Shown in pieces: positions 26,322 to 39,252 of a DNA stretch of 64,000 nucleotides (the stretch's first letter is position 1; every line of letters starts with the position of its first letter). The notes beneath the pieces are model-generated. The model was given only the letters and a program-made list of their open reading frames with translations, had not been told where the DNA came from and searched no databases. The DNA is from Dictyostelium discoideum (taxonomy: Eukaryota): positions 928,001 through 992,000 of the forward strand of contig CM000155.2 of NCBI GenBank assembly GCA_000004695.1, written 5' to 3'. Both the position numbers and the translations under genes were made by a program.

Positions 26322-26600
26322 TTCCCAAAATATAAAAATAAATGAATTAAATCAAGGAAGTTTTTCAAATTCATCATTAACACAAATTGATCAATGTTTT
26401 CATTTTATTATTAATTAATTTAAATTAGAATTTCAAAGAAGAGATAGTTATTAAAAATTTTGGAATATAATAAACCAATTAAACAATTAAACTCAATTTT
26501 TTGAAAATTATGAAAAGAATATCACTTTTTCTTTAAATATAATAGTATGTTTGGGAAATAAAAAAAAAAAAAATAAAAAAAATCATTTTCATAATTATTA
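26322..26600 (+). pseudogene. Degenerate duplicated fragment of the 3' end of the gene at 24138..25085
   Basis: About 90% nucleotide identity to 24805..25100, with indels. The duplicate contains in-frame stops (tta att aat TAA) and frameshifts relative to the parent gene. Confidence 0.75.
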
Positions 26601-26735
26601 TTTTCTAAAGTGTGTTGGCTGGGGAAAAAAAAAAAAAAAAAAAAAATATACAAATAATATAAGAAAAATACAATAAACAAGTAGGAAATAGGATATATTA
26701 TGTTTGATAACTCTCTGAAATCTAATTTATTGAAT

Positions 26736-28280
26736 TTAAGCCTTAGTTGATCTTGATTTCTTGACGCCGAAATATTTAGTCTTATCTTCAGCGGTTTGAT
26801 GAAGACCGTGACCAAACTTGCTGGAGGTATCGATGAATTTGAGAGTGATTTTCTCGAGGGCAGCACGACCAGTTTGAGTGGTGATACTCTTTCTTAAGGT
26901 TAAGGCTCTCTTTCTTGGACCAGCAACACAACCTATTTATTGAAAATTATATATTAGTATTTGAATCGTATAATTATATAATAATAATGATAATAATAAT
27001 AATAAAAAAAGAAAAAGAAAAAAAATAACAATAAATGGGGGAAAAAAAAATAGCATTTTCAGAAAGAACTTAAACATAATAGGAAGTGAAAAAAATGAAA
27101 AAGCAAAGGAGAAATCTAACAATATTATGGAAAAAAGAAAAACATAATAATAAAAAAAAAATAATAATAATTTATACAAATTAAATAACATACCTTTAAG
27201 CATTAAGAATTCATGTTTAACCATACCGTAGTGAGCGAAACCACCCATTGGATTGATAGTCTTTTCAGTTAAATCGAATTCAGTCTTACCGGTTGAGATT
27301 TGTTTACCGTCTTCTGGTTGAGCTTGACCGATTCTGTAAATCTTCTTGTTTCTTTCGACACGATGATGGTAACCGAGTTGACCAGCTCTTGGGACGGTGG
27401 TACTAACACGGGATGGATGCCATGCACCAATACAGGCAACCTTTCTTAAACCTTTATGGGTCTTTCTTGGTAATTTACGGACACCCCATCTTTTAATGAC
27501 ACCATTGAAACCTTTACCTTTGGTTACACCGATAACATCGATTAATTCATTTTCGGCAAAGACACCAGTGACGTTGACGGTCTTTTCAAAGTTGGCAACA
27601 GCAAAGTTAACTTTTTCGACGATTGAACCACCATTGACTTGGATTTCAAGGACGTGTGCTTTCTTTTGAGTTAATTTTAATTTGTGAACTTGAGTGTGAG
27701 CAATGACACGGACGACTGAACATCTCTTTTTGATGGCTTGGAGAGAGGCTTCAATTGATTTTTTACCTTCTTCAGTTTCGTATTGTTTAACGTATTTGGT
27801 GAAAGCTTTCTTTGATTTTGATTTGTACCAGTTTTTGTATAATCTTCTACGGAAGTTATCACTTAAATGTTGAGCCCAGACGGTTTTGTAGGTTTTGAGA
27901 CCTTGAGCGGTTTCAACATAACCAACTAAACCAACAATGTACATTGGTGGACATTCAATGATGGTGACGGCTTCAACGATTTCTTTTTTGTGCATCTTTG
28001 AACCTGGTTTTTCTAAATCTCTGACAACGTGAGTCATACCAGCTTTGTAACCCATGAATGCAGTTAAGTGGACTTTTTGGGTACGGTCATCCTTTGGGAA
28101 TGACTTGACTTTACCTTGATGTCTGGCGGCTCTCTTTCTTGGTCTGAAACCGAGATTACCGTGACGTGGAGCTTCAAATTTACGATGACTAATTGATTTA
28201 AATGTAAAAACAAAATTAAAAGAAAAAAAAGAATTAGTATTTATTGAATTTCTTTTAATTATTGATTAAAAGTTTTTCTT

Positions 28281-28312
<32 letters not shown>

Positions 28313-28486
28313 TAAATAATGATAAATATAAAAATTATAAATTTAACATCCAAGCACAACCAATTACCATCATTCGATAATGTTTGTATGAAAATGTTTT
28401 ATAATTTTTTAAATATAATTAAAATTTTTTTGAACCCCTTTTTTTTTTTTATTTTTGTCGTTTTTTTTTATAATATTTTACCTCAT
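26736..28486 (-). CDS. rpl3: 60S ribosomal protein L3 (uL3); join(28482..28486,27194..28188,26736..26932) on the minus strand; 398 aa
   Basis: Exon 1 is just ATGAG, followed by a GTAAAA donor. Exon 2 completes Ser and then reads [58 protein letters not shown]...LMLKG. Exon 3 reads (G)[64 protein letters not shown]. This is near-identical in pattern to eukaryotic RPL3. Phases are consistent (5+995+197 = 1197 nt). Confidence 0.92.
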
Positions 28487-28622
28487 ATTGTTATTGTTGT
28501 TTAGAAGTGACTAACGAAAAAAAAAAATAAAAAATTATTCAATTTAGCCATTTTATACTAACTTTTTTGGTTTTTTTTACGAAAAAAAAATCAAATTTTT
28601 TTAATTTTTTAAAAATTAAAGA

Positions 28623-28661
28623 AAATAAATGCCCGGCGTAAAAAAAAAAATAAATGCCCGG
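28623..28661. promoter_or_regulatory. Duplicated AAATAAATGCCCGG box 137-175 bp upstream of the rpl3 ATG
   Basis: Two exact 14-nt copies (28623..28636 and 28648..28661), separated by an A-run, in an otherwise nearly pure A/T promoter region. Confidence 0.35.
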
Positions 28662-28817
28662 TTTAAAAAAAATATTATTATAAATTTAAAAAAAAAAAAA
28701 AGTGATTCGCTAATATATATTTTTTTTTTTATTTTTTAAAAAAAGAGATTGGCTAATATGTATTTTTATTTTATTTTTTATTTTTAAATAAATGTTTAAC
28801 TAAAATTTAATTATATG

Positions 28818-28856
<39 letters not shown>

Positions 28857-29079
28857 AAATCTTTTTTTTTTTTGACTATTTTTAATTTCCAATAAAACAT
28901 CTAAAAATAAATAATTACTTTTTTTAAAATACCCATAGTTTAAATCTCATTCAAATTGAAAAAAGAGTAAAATTTAAAAATTTAAAAGAAAATAATAAAA
29001 ATAACCCTTTTCAAGCTTTTGTTAATCAAATTCAAATTTTAACTTGTTATTCTCAATTTTTTTTTTTTTCCACTAGTAA

Positions 29080-29119
<40 letters not shown>

Positions 29120-29399
29120 CAATTAAAACTTTGGTTAATAAAAATGGAACTATTCAATTAAATAACACTCTCTAGATTCTCATTATTTTTTCAATACAAA
29201 TTTCAAGTGATAATATCAGAATCAATCCAATCATCTCAAATTAATAATATTCTGGTAAATTTTTAATTTTTTTTTTTTTTTTTTTTTTTAAATTTTAAGT
29301 TTTAAAACCAATACATTTTTAAACAATATAGAGTTATTAGTTTATATTGGATGTAACAAATAATTGTGATATGGTAATTCCAGAAGTTAAGAAAAAAAA

Positions 29400-29435
<36 letters not shown>

Positions 29436-30090
29436 AATAAAAATAGATAAATAAATAAGCAAAAAAAAAATGGTTTAAGAAGAGTATTTTTATTGAATAT
29501 CGTCTTCTGAGACTTTTTTTTTATTCGAAAGACTATAAATGATATTTAACTTTAAAAAAAAAAAAAAAAAAAAAAAATTGAAAAATAAAATAAAGATTAT
29601 ATAAAAAAAAAAACTCTTAGGAAACGATATTCACTAAAATTACTCTTCTTAAAACATTTTTTTTTGTTTATTTATTTATCTATTTATTGATTAATCTATT
29701 TTTAAATTTTAATAATTATTTTTTTTTTTTTTTTTTTTTTTTAATTTTTTTTTTTCCTTACTTCTAAAATTCCCATACCACAAAAATAAACCATTTTCAA
29801 CAAACTTTTGTTAATCTAATTCTCATTTTCTTCAAAATTATATTGATTTGTAACTTCTAAAAAGTTTTGAATTGTTTTAAGGTTGCCATTATTGAGTACA
29901 GGAGCATGTCCGATAACACTACCTAAGCCGAATTGCAGCTGTATGGTTTAGCATTATGATCAATGAGTTTAATGAGAGATAATTTCAAAAAAACTCCATT
30001 AATAAATAATTCACTTGGAATTTTGGGAACCTGAATTCCTTTTTGCTTATAACTGGAAAGCAATAATCTTAAAGGTATTGATGGGAGACT

Positions 30091-30245
30091 ATAACAGTAT
30101 TATCGTTGATGTATTCTTGATATCTAATATAACCAATTTCCTCCAATTTATATTTACTACAATTGGTATTGATCACAAGTAAATATAAATTGGAGGAAAT
30201 TGGTTATAATAGATATCAAGAATACATTAACGATAATACTCATTG
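30091..30245. repeat. Long imperfect inverted repeat / hairpin (~68-nt arms at ~94% identity, ~20-nt loop)
   Basis: The left arm ataacagtattatcgttgatgtattcttgatatctaatataaccaatttcctccaatttatatttact and the right arm agtaaatataaattggaggaaattggttataatagatatcaagaatacattaacgataatactcatt are reverse complements. They sit in a GC-normal segment with no ORF of 60 aa or more. Confidence 0.85.
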
Positions 30246-30644
30246 GAGATTTATCCACTTGGGTGGATTACTAATAAATGATGGGATTGACTCCTTATCA
30301 TTTTATTTAATTTTATATCATATATAAATGATTTTAATGTGATATTACCAGATTCAACAGCTGGAAACGAGTGATATAGAAATTCTATTTCTTCACCTGG
30401 AGTAGGAATTTGATTTCTTGATAGAAAAAAATCAATGAATGTAAGAAGTAAGCTTTAACTTTTTCTTTAAATAATTTGACGAGCCATAAAAAACAACAAA
30501 TAACAAATAATTAAAGAAATAAACTTACTTTTAAAATGAATGTAATATAATATAAATATAATTGGAAAAAAAATTGAAAACAAATTAAAGAAAAACAAAA
30601 TTAATTTTTTAAAAAAGTAAGGGTGGTTAGATATTAAAGTTTTA

Positions 30645-30674
30645 GCCGCATAAAATTAATTAATTTTATGCGGC
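30645..30674. repeat. Perfect 13-bp stem / 4-nt loop hairpin GCCGCATAAAATT-AATT-AATTTTATGCGGC
   Basis: Direct reading of the sequence. GC-containing palindromes are rare in this AT-rich intergenic DNA. Confidence 0.8.
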
Positions 30675-31252
30675 GATGGTGGGTTTGTCACATCATTTTT
30701 TTTTTTTAATTATTTTTTTTTTTTATTTTCTATGCGACTGCCCTTTTTAAAACATAATGAAAATAAAATAAAAAAAAATATTGGTTTTAAATAAGAAATA
30801 ATAATGATAAAAAAAAATTATAAAAAAAAATAAAAAATGTGTAAATTTTATTTTTTACTCCTAAATTTAGTTTTTATCATAATTTTTTTTATCATATTCA
30901 TAAATAACTAACTGATGTTTATTTAAATTTGGATATTTTTTTTTTTCATATCTCAACCTATCTTATGAATATGATCTTTTCATAATTCGAAAGTTGTTCA
31001 AAAAAGTGCGAAAAATTTGATGATTGGAATAAATAGCCAATAATAATAATAAAAAAAAAAAAAAAAAAAAATTAAAAAAAAATTAAATAAAAAAAAAAAA
31101 ACCAAATGGGAACCTGGTTAAAAAATTGATTAAGAAGGTGTTGAATTATAATTAATCAATGAAGATGGTAAATAAATTTGAAAAATTAATGAATGAAATG
31201 AATTTTATTTCTTTTTAAAATATTTTTTTTTTTTTTTTAAAAAAAAAAAACT

Positions 31253-32393
31253 TTATTTTATTAAAGTATTTGGAAGAGTTTTAGCTACACATGGACCAGC
31301 AGAAGTTTTTGATAAATCACCTTTATAAGAGGCGATTTTATTATCATCAGTCTTAAAGTCAGCACTGACAGCGTCAAAAGTTGCAGGTTTTAAAACTTTA
31401 TCGAATTCACCTGGATATTTATCAAAGACAACACGTTCACCAATGGTTGCATTAGCTGGTGGTTCAACAAATTCAACATGAGTATGATCAGCATTTGAAG
31501 CACATAAAACCATGCCAAAGGATTTGATACTTTTGAGATTTGCTGGTTTTAAATTACATAATACCAATACCATACGATTTAACATTTGATCCAATGGAAT
31601 GAACTTAACCAAACCACTTACAATGGTTCTTGGACCTTCCTTTTCACCTAAATCAATCTTTTCAACATATAATGAATCTGCATTTGGATGTTTTTCACAT
31701 TCAACAATTTTACCAACTCTAATTTCAAATCTTGAAATATCCATTGGTGGTTCTGCAACAACTGGTGCGACTCTTTTCTCTTTTTTTGGTTGTTGTTCAC
31801 TTGTTTGTTGTTCAGTTGATTTTTTATCAACATTAACATTTTCAGTTTTATTTGCTGCTGCTGCTGCTGCTGGTTTCTTTTCTTCTTTCTTTTCAACTGG
31901 TGGTGGTACAACACTAATTGTAATTAATGGTTGAATATTTAAAATTGATTTTTGATTTTGAATTAAATTAAACCATCTTGTAATATTACAAAAAGTGAAT
32001 CTTTGTTTATCATTTAATTCATTCTTTAAAAAATAAAAAAAAAATAATAATAAAATAAAAAATAAATAATTAATAATTTTATTTTTTATTTTTTATAAAA
32101 AATAAAAATAATTGAAAAAAACTTACCATCCAACTATATAAAATAACATAATATACTAAATCTAATGCACTTAATTTTTCATTTAAAATAAATGTTTTAG
32201 TTAAAAGATCTTTATTTAATTTATGTAATAAAACTTCTTTCTTTTTATCTTGAGTATTGAAAGCATCTGAAATTTCATCTAATGTTTTTAATGTATTTGA
32301 ATCAATCTAATATTAAATTTCAAAAATAAATAAAAAATATAAAAAAAAAAAGTTTGTAAATAATTAAAAAATGTGATCACACACACAATGAAG

Positions 32394-32441
<48 letters not shown>

Positions 32442-32582
32442 ATTTGGGTATAAAGATTTAATAAATTCGTTTTCAGTAAATAATTTTGATAATTTTTCTT
32501 TTGTACTGTCAAAAGTTGGTAAAGTTGTTGGAGTTGAAGGTTCAACTTTTGAAAGTAAGTTAAAAAATAATTGGACGTTCAT
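31253..32582 (-). CDS. Arc1p / AIMP1(p43)-like tRNA-binding cofactor (N-terminal helical/GST-like part, Lys/Ala-rich linker, C-terminal EMAP-II/Myf tRNA-binding domain); join(32442..32582,32127..32306,31253..32023) on the minus strand; 363 aa
   Basis: The C-terminal domain reads DISRFEIRVGKIVECEKHPNADSLYVEKIDLGEKEGPRTIVSGLV..., the classic EMAP-II / MetRS C-terminal tRNA-binding fold. Donors are GTAAAA and GTAAGT; all exons are phase 0 (141+180+771 nt). Exon 3 is in frame with ORF 31253..31744. Confidence 0.75.
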
Positions 32583-32895
32583 TTTCTTGTCAGTTACTTG
32601 AAAAAAATTAAAATAAAAAATAAAAAAAAAATTTTTTAAAAAAAAAAATAAAAAAAAAATAAAAAAAAATTAAAAAAAAAAAAAAAAATTAAGAAAAAAA
32701 AAGAAAAAAAGTAAAAAAAAAGAAAATTAATAAAAAAATTATAAAATTCAAAGAAAGATCAACAATAACAAAAAAAAAATGATTTTAATTTAATTTAATT
32801 TAATTTTTTTCTTTTTTTTTTATTTAATTTTGAGAAAAAAAAAAGTATAAATTAAAAAAAAAAAAAGTTTTAATTTCATTTTTTTAAAAACCAAA

Positions 32896-33010
<115 letters not shown>

Positions 33011-33031
33011 ATAAAATAATAATAATTTTAA

Positions 33032-33952
<921 letters not shown>

Positions 33953-34171
33953 AAAAAAAAAAAAAAATTATTAATAAAAAAAAAAAAAACAATTTGTATA
34001 ATATTCATTTTTTATTTATTTATTTTTTTTTATTTTTTTATTTTTTATTTATTTTTTAGTTTTAATATTAATTTAATTATTCTATTTTTATTAAAAATCC
34101 AGCAAATCACCTTTCAAATTTCACAAAAAATCCTAATTTTAGGATTTTTTTTATTTTTTATTATTTTTTTT

Positions 34172-34230
<59 letters not shown>

Positions 34231-34282
34231 TGAAAATAATATTTTACCTTTATTTTTTTTTTTTTTTTTATGAGAATAAAAA

Positions 34283-34920
34283 ATGAATAAAAATAATAAT
34301 GATGGTCACTTTGAAAATTCGACATCAACATCATCATCACTTAATGATAGAAAAGGAACAGAAAAAAAAGATAATCATATAATACAAAATTTTTCAACAG
34401 ATTTAGATCTAAATAAAAATGAAAATATTAGCGAAAATATAACAACAGATTTAAATTCTTCTTATATAAGTGATGAAGATGATAACCAAGAATATAATAA
34501 TGAGGATGAAGATTATGATCAGCAGGATGATCACTATAAAAGTGATTTTTTTAATTCTGTATCAAAAAATTATAAAAATACAACATCAACAACAACAACA
34601 ACAACAAATAAAGCGCATATAAACAATATTGAAAACGATATCAATAATAATAATAATAATAATAATATAGTTTTAGTAAATACAAAAAATACATTACAAT
34701 ATTCACAAAAAGAAACAAATAAAATAAGGAAAAAAAATACTAAAAAATTATTAGAATACGATAAAAATAACCTTGAATATACTTTAAATAGATTAAAAAA
34801 TTCTTCAAATTATTGTGGTAGTGAATTTTCAAGGTTATTATTATCTGTAAATTCAATTTGTAATAATGTAAATATAAATTTATAAATAAATATATTCAAT
34901 AAATAAATAAATAAACACTA

Positions 34921-34989
<69 letters not shown>

Positions 34990-35218
34990 ATAAATAACTT
35001 TTTTTTTTTTTTTTTTTATTAATATTTTTTTTTATACATTTCAAATTTTTTAGATAACAAAATTATCACACGATAATATGGAAAACTATTCAAATATTAT
35101 AGATAAAACAACATTTGAAAGTATAAAATGCGCAGAATCAATGAAAATGTTGATTAATAATATGGAGTTATTAAATTCTGATATATTTGAAATTTATAAA
35201 TTAAATAATCAAACGGAA
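34283..35218 (+). CDS. Acidic Asn/Asp-rich hypothetical protein; probable structure join(34283..34867,35054..35218...), 3' end unresolved
   Basis: ORF 34283..34885 ends ...ICNN | GTAAAT. The acceptor tttttag|ATAACAAAATTA... is in frame with ORF 35078..35266, which is followed by a GTATTT donor. The (ATT)n tract at 34920..34990 lies in the putative intron. I could not find an in-frame terminal exon. Confidence 0.35.
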
Positions 35219-35268
<50 letters not shown>

Positions 35269-36333
35269 ATTAATATTTATTCAATTATTTTCCTTTAAAA
35301 AAAAATCAAATATCACTCTCATATTCACACAATCATATTTGAATAATTAATAATAATAATAATAATTATTTATTAGAAAAAATGTTAAAAAAGACGTTGA
35401 TCAATTAGAATTTTTAATGAAATCTTTAATTAAACAGTAATGATTGAAATTCAATAATAATAATAGTGTTTAATAATAAATATTATTGTAAACTTTAAAG
35501 TTAGTTGCGTGCACTTTGTGACAAAATTAGTGGTGATTTTACGAGAGGTAATTGTGATTGTGTAATAATAATAATAATCAATTGTGATCTGGGTTAAATG
35601 TGGTTGGTACCAACCATTTTTTTTATTTTTTTTTATTTTTTATTTTTTTTTCCAAAAAGTTTTTTTTTTTCTATTCTCAACTTTTTTTGGTACCTCCCAA
35701 GATATTAAATGATAATAATCTTCAAATTAAAAAAACGATCTTTTTTTGGAACTTTTTTTGAAAAATAAAAAATAAATAATAAAAAAAAAAAAAAAAAAAA
35801 AAAAATAAAAATAAATGAAAATAATAATAATAAAAAAAAATTAAAATAATAAAAAAAAATAGCAATAGTATTTATTAATTTTTATTATTATTTTCACTTT
35901 TTTTATTTTTAATTTTATTTTTTATTATTTTTTTATTTTTTTTATTGTCTTTGTTGCAGTTTGGATGGTAATTAAAAAAAATAAAACCATATTATTATAA
36001 TAACAACCACTAACACACACACACTCACACACTAACAAATTCTTTTTTTATTTTTATTTTTATTTTTTTTATTTTTATTTTTTTTTATTTTTTTTTTTTT
36101 TTTTTTTTTTTTCTTTAAAAAATAATATTTATTAATTTTCATTTAACACACAAAACAATAGCAAAAAATAATTATTTATTGGATATATTTTTAACTCAAT
36201 ATTTTTATTATTTTTAAATAATTAATTTATTTGTATCAATATAATTTTCTTTTTATTTTTTTTAATTTTTTGGATAACTTAAAAAAACTTATTAAATAAA
36301 AAAAAAAAAAAAAAAAAAAAAAAAGATTAAAAA

Positions 36334-36599
36334 ATGGCATCACTAATTAGCCCTCAATTAAGTAATAATTCATTAAATGTTTCAATTGATCCAAAAGTTA
36401 ATAGCAATAATCAGAATAATAATAATAATAATAATACCCCCTTACTTTCCCCAGTAATGAAATTAAGAGGATTAAAAGTTGCAGTTTTTGGATTAGAAAG
36501 GGAAAATAGTGAATTAAGGCAAAAAATTGATTCTCAAGAAAAAGAAATTTCAAATTATCAAAAATTAATTGTAGAATATGAATCTGAAAATGAAGTAAG

Positions 36600-36633
<34 letters not shown>

Positions 36634-36845
36634 TTTATATTTATCTAATTTCCAAAATTATGATTCTAATCTTTTATTTTTTTTTTTTATTTATTTTTAT
36701 TTTCATTTTTTTTTTTTTTTATTAAAAGCAACATGAAAGAAGACATGCACAATTAGAGGAAGAAATTTTGGAATTAAGGAAACAATTAAAACAATTAAAT
36801 CCAAATTATTTAAATACAAGTGGTAGTTGTATTCAAACAGCAAAT

Positions 36846-36904
<59 letters not shown>

Positions 36905-36908
36905 TAGC

Positions 36909-36970
<62 letters not shown>

Positions 36971-37208
36971 CAATAATAATAATAATAATAATATTAATAA
37001 TAATATAGATAAAGATTTTACACAATTAAAAATTAATGATAAAGAAAGATTTTATTCTGAAGATATACCACTATATTTATATACTGGTAGAAGTTTCCCA
37101 AATTCACCATCAAATGGTTTAAATAATTCATCATCATTTAATTCAAATCATAATAATAATTGTACAACAACTACGACTACAACCACAACAACATCATCTT
37201 CCTTTCAA

Positions 37209-37244
<36 letters not shown>

Positions 37245-37625
37245 ATAAATTTATCACATTCAATGAATAGTAATAGTGGCGGTGGAGGTAGTAATAGTTT
37301 ATCAAATTCAACAAATAATTTTGAAAATGATCATTATACATATGCTTCTTCTTCAACTTCACCAAATCAAACAAATACTCCAAATATTAATAATAATAAT
37401 AATAATAGCAACAATAATAGTAATAACAACACCTTATCAGCAAGTAATAATAATAATAATAGATCACCATTTCAAAAAGGTAAAGGAGGAAATGCTCCAA
37501 ATTCACCAACAATTGTATCATGTGTGTCTGATGGTGTTAATTCCGGTGTAAATATTTCAATGAGTCCAAGTCCAGTAATTCCACAACCAAGAAAAAAATC
37601 AATAATTAGTTTATTCTCTCTTTAA
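36334..37625 (+). CDS. Coiled-coil / poly-Asn hypothetical protein; join(36334..36594,36729..37625); 385 aa
   Basis: Exon 1 ends ESENE | GTAAGT. The acceptor ttaaaag|CAACATGAAAGAAGACATGCACAATTAGAGGAA... is in frame with the TTG-start ORF 36768..37625. It encodes a heptad-like region followed by the very long (AAT)n-encoded Asn tract at 36841..36990. Confidence 0.6.
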
Positions 37626-38430
37626 AAAAAAAAAATAAAAAATAAAAAAAAAAATAAATAAAAAATAAAATCTAAAAAATAATAATAATAATAATATTTT
37701 TTTTATTTCTTTTTATTTTTTTTATTTTTTTTTATATAGTATTAATATTTAATAATTATTTTGAGTTCATAAAAAAAAAACAAAAAAAAAAAAAAGGACA
37801 TGTAGATATAAAAATATCTTTTTTTATAAACAAAAAAAAAAAAAAAAAATTAATGATGATGCCATTTTTGGGGAATTCAAAAACCTCACAATAAACACCC
37901 TGTTTAAAAATAAAAAAAAAAAAATAAAAAAATAAAAAAATAAAAAAAAAAATAAAAATAAAAAAAATTTAAAAAAAAAAAAAACAACCCTTCTGTTTTC
38001 AAGATTTTTCACAAACTTCTTTTTTATTTTTAATTTTTTTCATATTTCCATATTTTTTTTTTTATAACATTGTTTTTTGTTATTTTTTGCATAAATATTC
38101 TTTTTTAATTTTATTTTATTTTTATTTTATTTTTTTTATTTTTTTTTTTCACATGAAAAAAAGAAATCCACTGCCAATTTCCTATGTGTTGAGCTAAAAC
38201 TAAAAAATAATTCCTTAAATTAATTTGTTTTTTTTTTTTCCCCAAATTTTTTTTTTCGCCAAAACAAAAACCCAAATTTTTTTAAAAAATTAATAGTGCG
38301 ACACAAATAAATGAAAATGGCGCATGTGAGCAAAAATAAAGATATTTTAATTTTCAATTTTTTTATATTGATTATTTTTTTTTCACGTGATCCAATTTTA
38401 TATTAATTATTTAAAATTTAATTTACAAAG

Positions 38431-38464
<34 letters not shown>

Positions 38465-38559
38465 AATATAAAAGTAATGACACTTTATTATTTTTTTTTT
38501 TTTTTTTTTTTTTTTATTTCTTTGTAAATAATTATTTTTAAAAAAAAAAAAAAAATAAA

Positions 38560-38632
38560 AAAAATAAAAATAAAAATAAAAATAAAAATAAAAATAAAAA
38601 TAAAAATAAAAATAAAAATAAAAATAGAAAAA
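38560..38632. repeat. (AAAAAT)n hexanucleotide microsatellite, ~11 units, in the promoter region of the FNIP gene
   Basis: Direct reading of aaaataaaaataaaaat... Confidence 0.9.
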
Positions 38633-38637
38633 AAATA

Positions 38638-38799
38638 ATGACATCGGTCGATAATTATTTTTTTAACTTTTTTTTAAAAACAAAGTTAAATAATAAATAT
38701 ATAAATGATGATAAAAATATAAATAAAAATAAAAATAAAAATAATAATTTTAATAATTTTAATTTTAATAATATAATTAAAAATGATGATATAATAATA

Positions 38800-38835
<36 letters not shown>

Positions 38836-39169
38836 TATAATGATAATTTATTTTTTAAAGTTTTTAGAAATAAATATTTATTTTATATTATACTAAAACA
38901 TTTAAAAATATATAATAGAGTTTTAAAATATAGTAGATCCAATATATTCAATTCTAAAACTTTAAAACTTTTTAAATATAAAACATATTTAATAGAATTA
39001 ACATATGGACCTTATTCAACTATTGGACCTCCTGGTTTATTTTTTACTGATCAACAACAGGACAATAAAGACAATGAAAAAATTAGCGATAATAATAATA
39101 TTGAAAATTTTAAAAAAATTATTATAAATGATGAAAATAATGATTATAATAAATTAAAAACTTTTAATG

Positions 39170-39252
<83 letters not shown>

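Noticed and set aside
28621-28661. Reading CCCGG / GCCCGG blocks as restriction-modification or methylation sites
   Set aside because: This is a eukaryotic promoter context, and only two copies are present. They were retained only as a candidate promoter motif.
35377-35440. Putative third exon (KNVKKDVDQLEFLMKSLIKQ*) for the gene at 34283
   Set aside because: With the acceptor at 35375/35376 and phase 0, the frame reads AAA AAA TGT TAA (KKC*). The attractive longer reading needs a phase that the upstream exon does not provide.
36810-37025. ORFs 36810..37025 (-), 36820..37008 (+), 37276..37551 (+), 44647..44889 (+), 44668..45108 (-), 17087..17341 (+/-), 39164..39382 (-), 43944..44261 (-)
   Set aside because: They are alternative-frame or antisense readings of (AAT)n and other coding microsatellites inside larger, well-supported genes.
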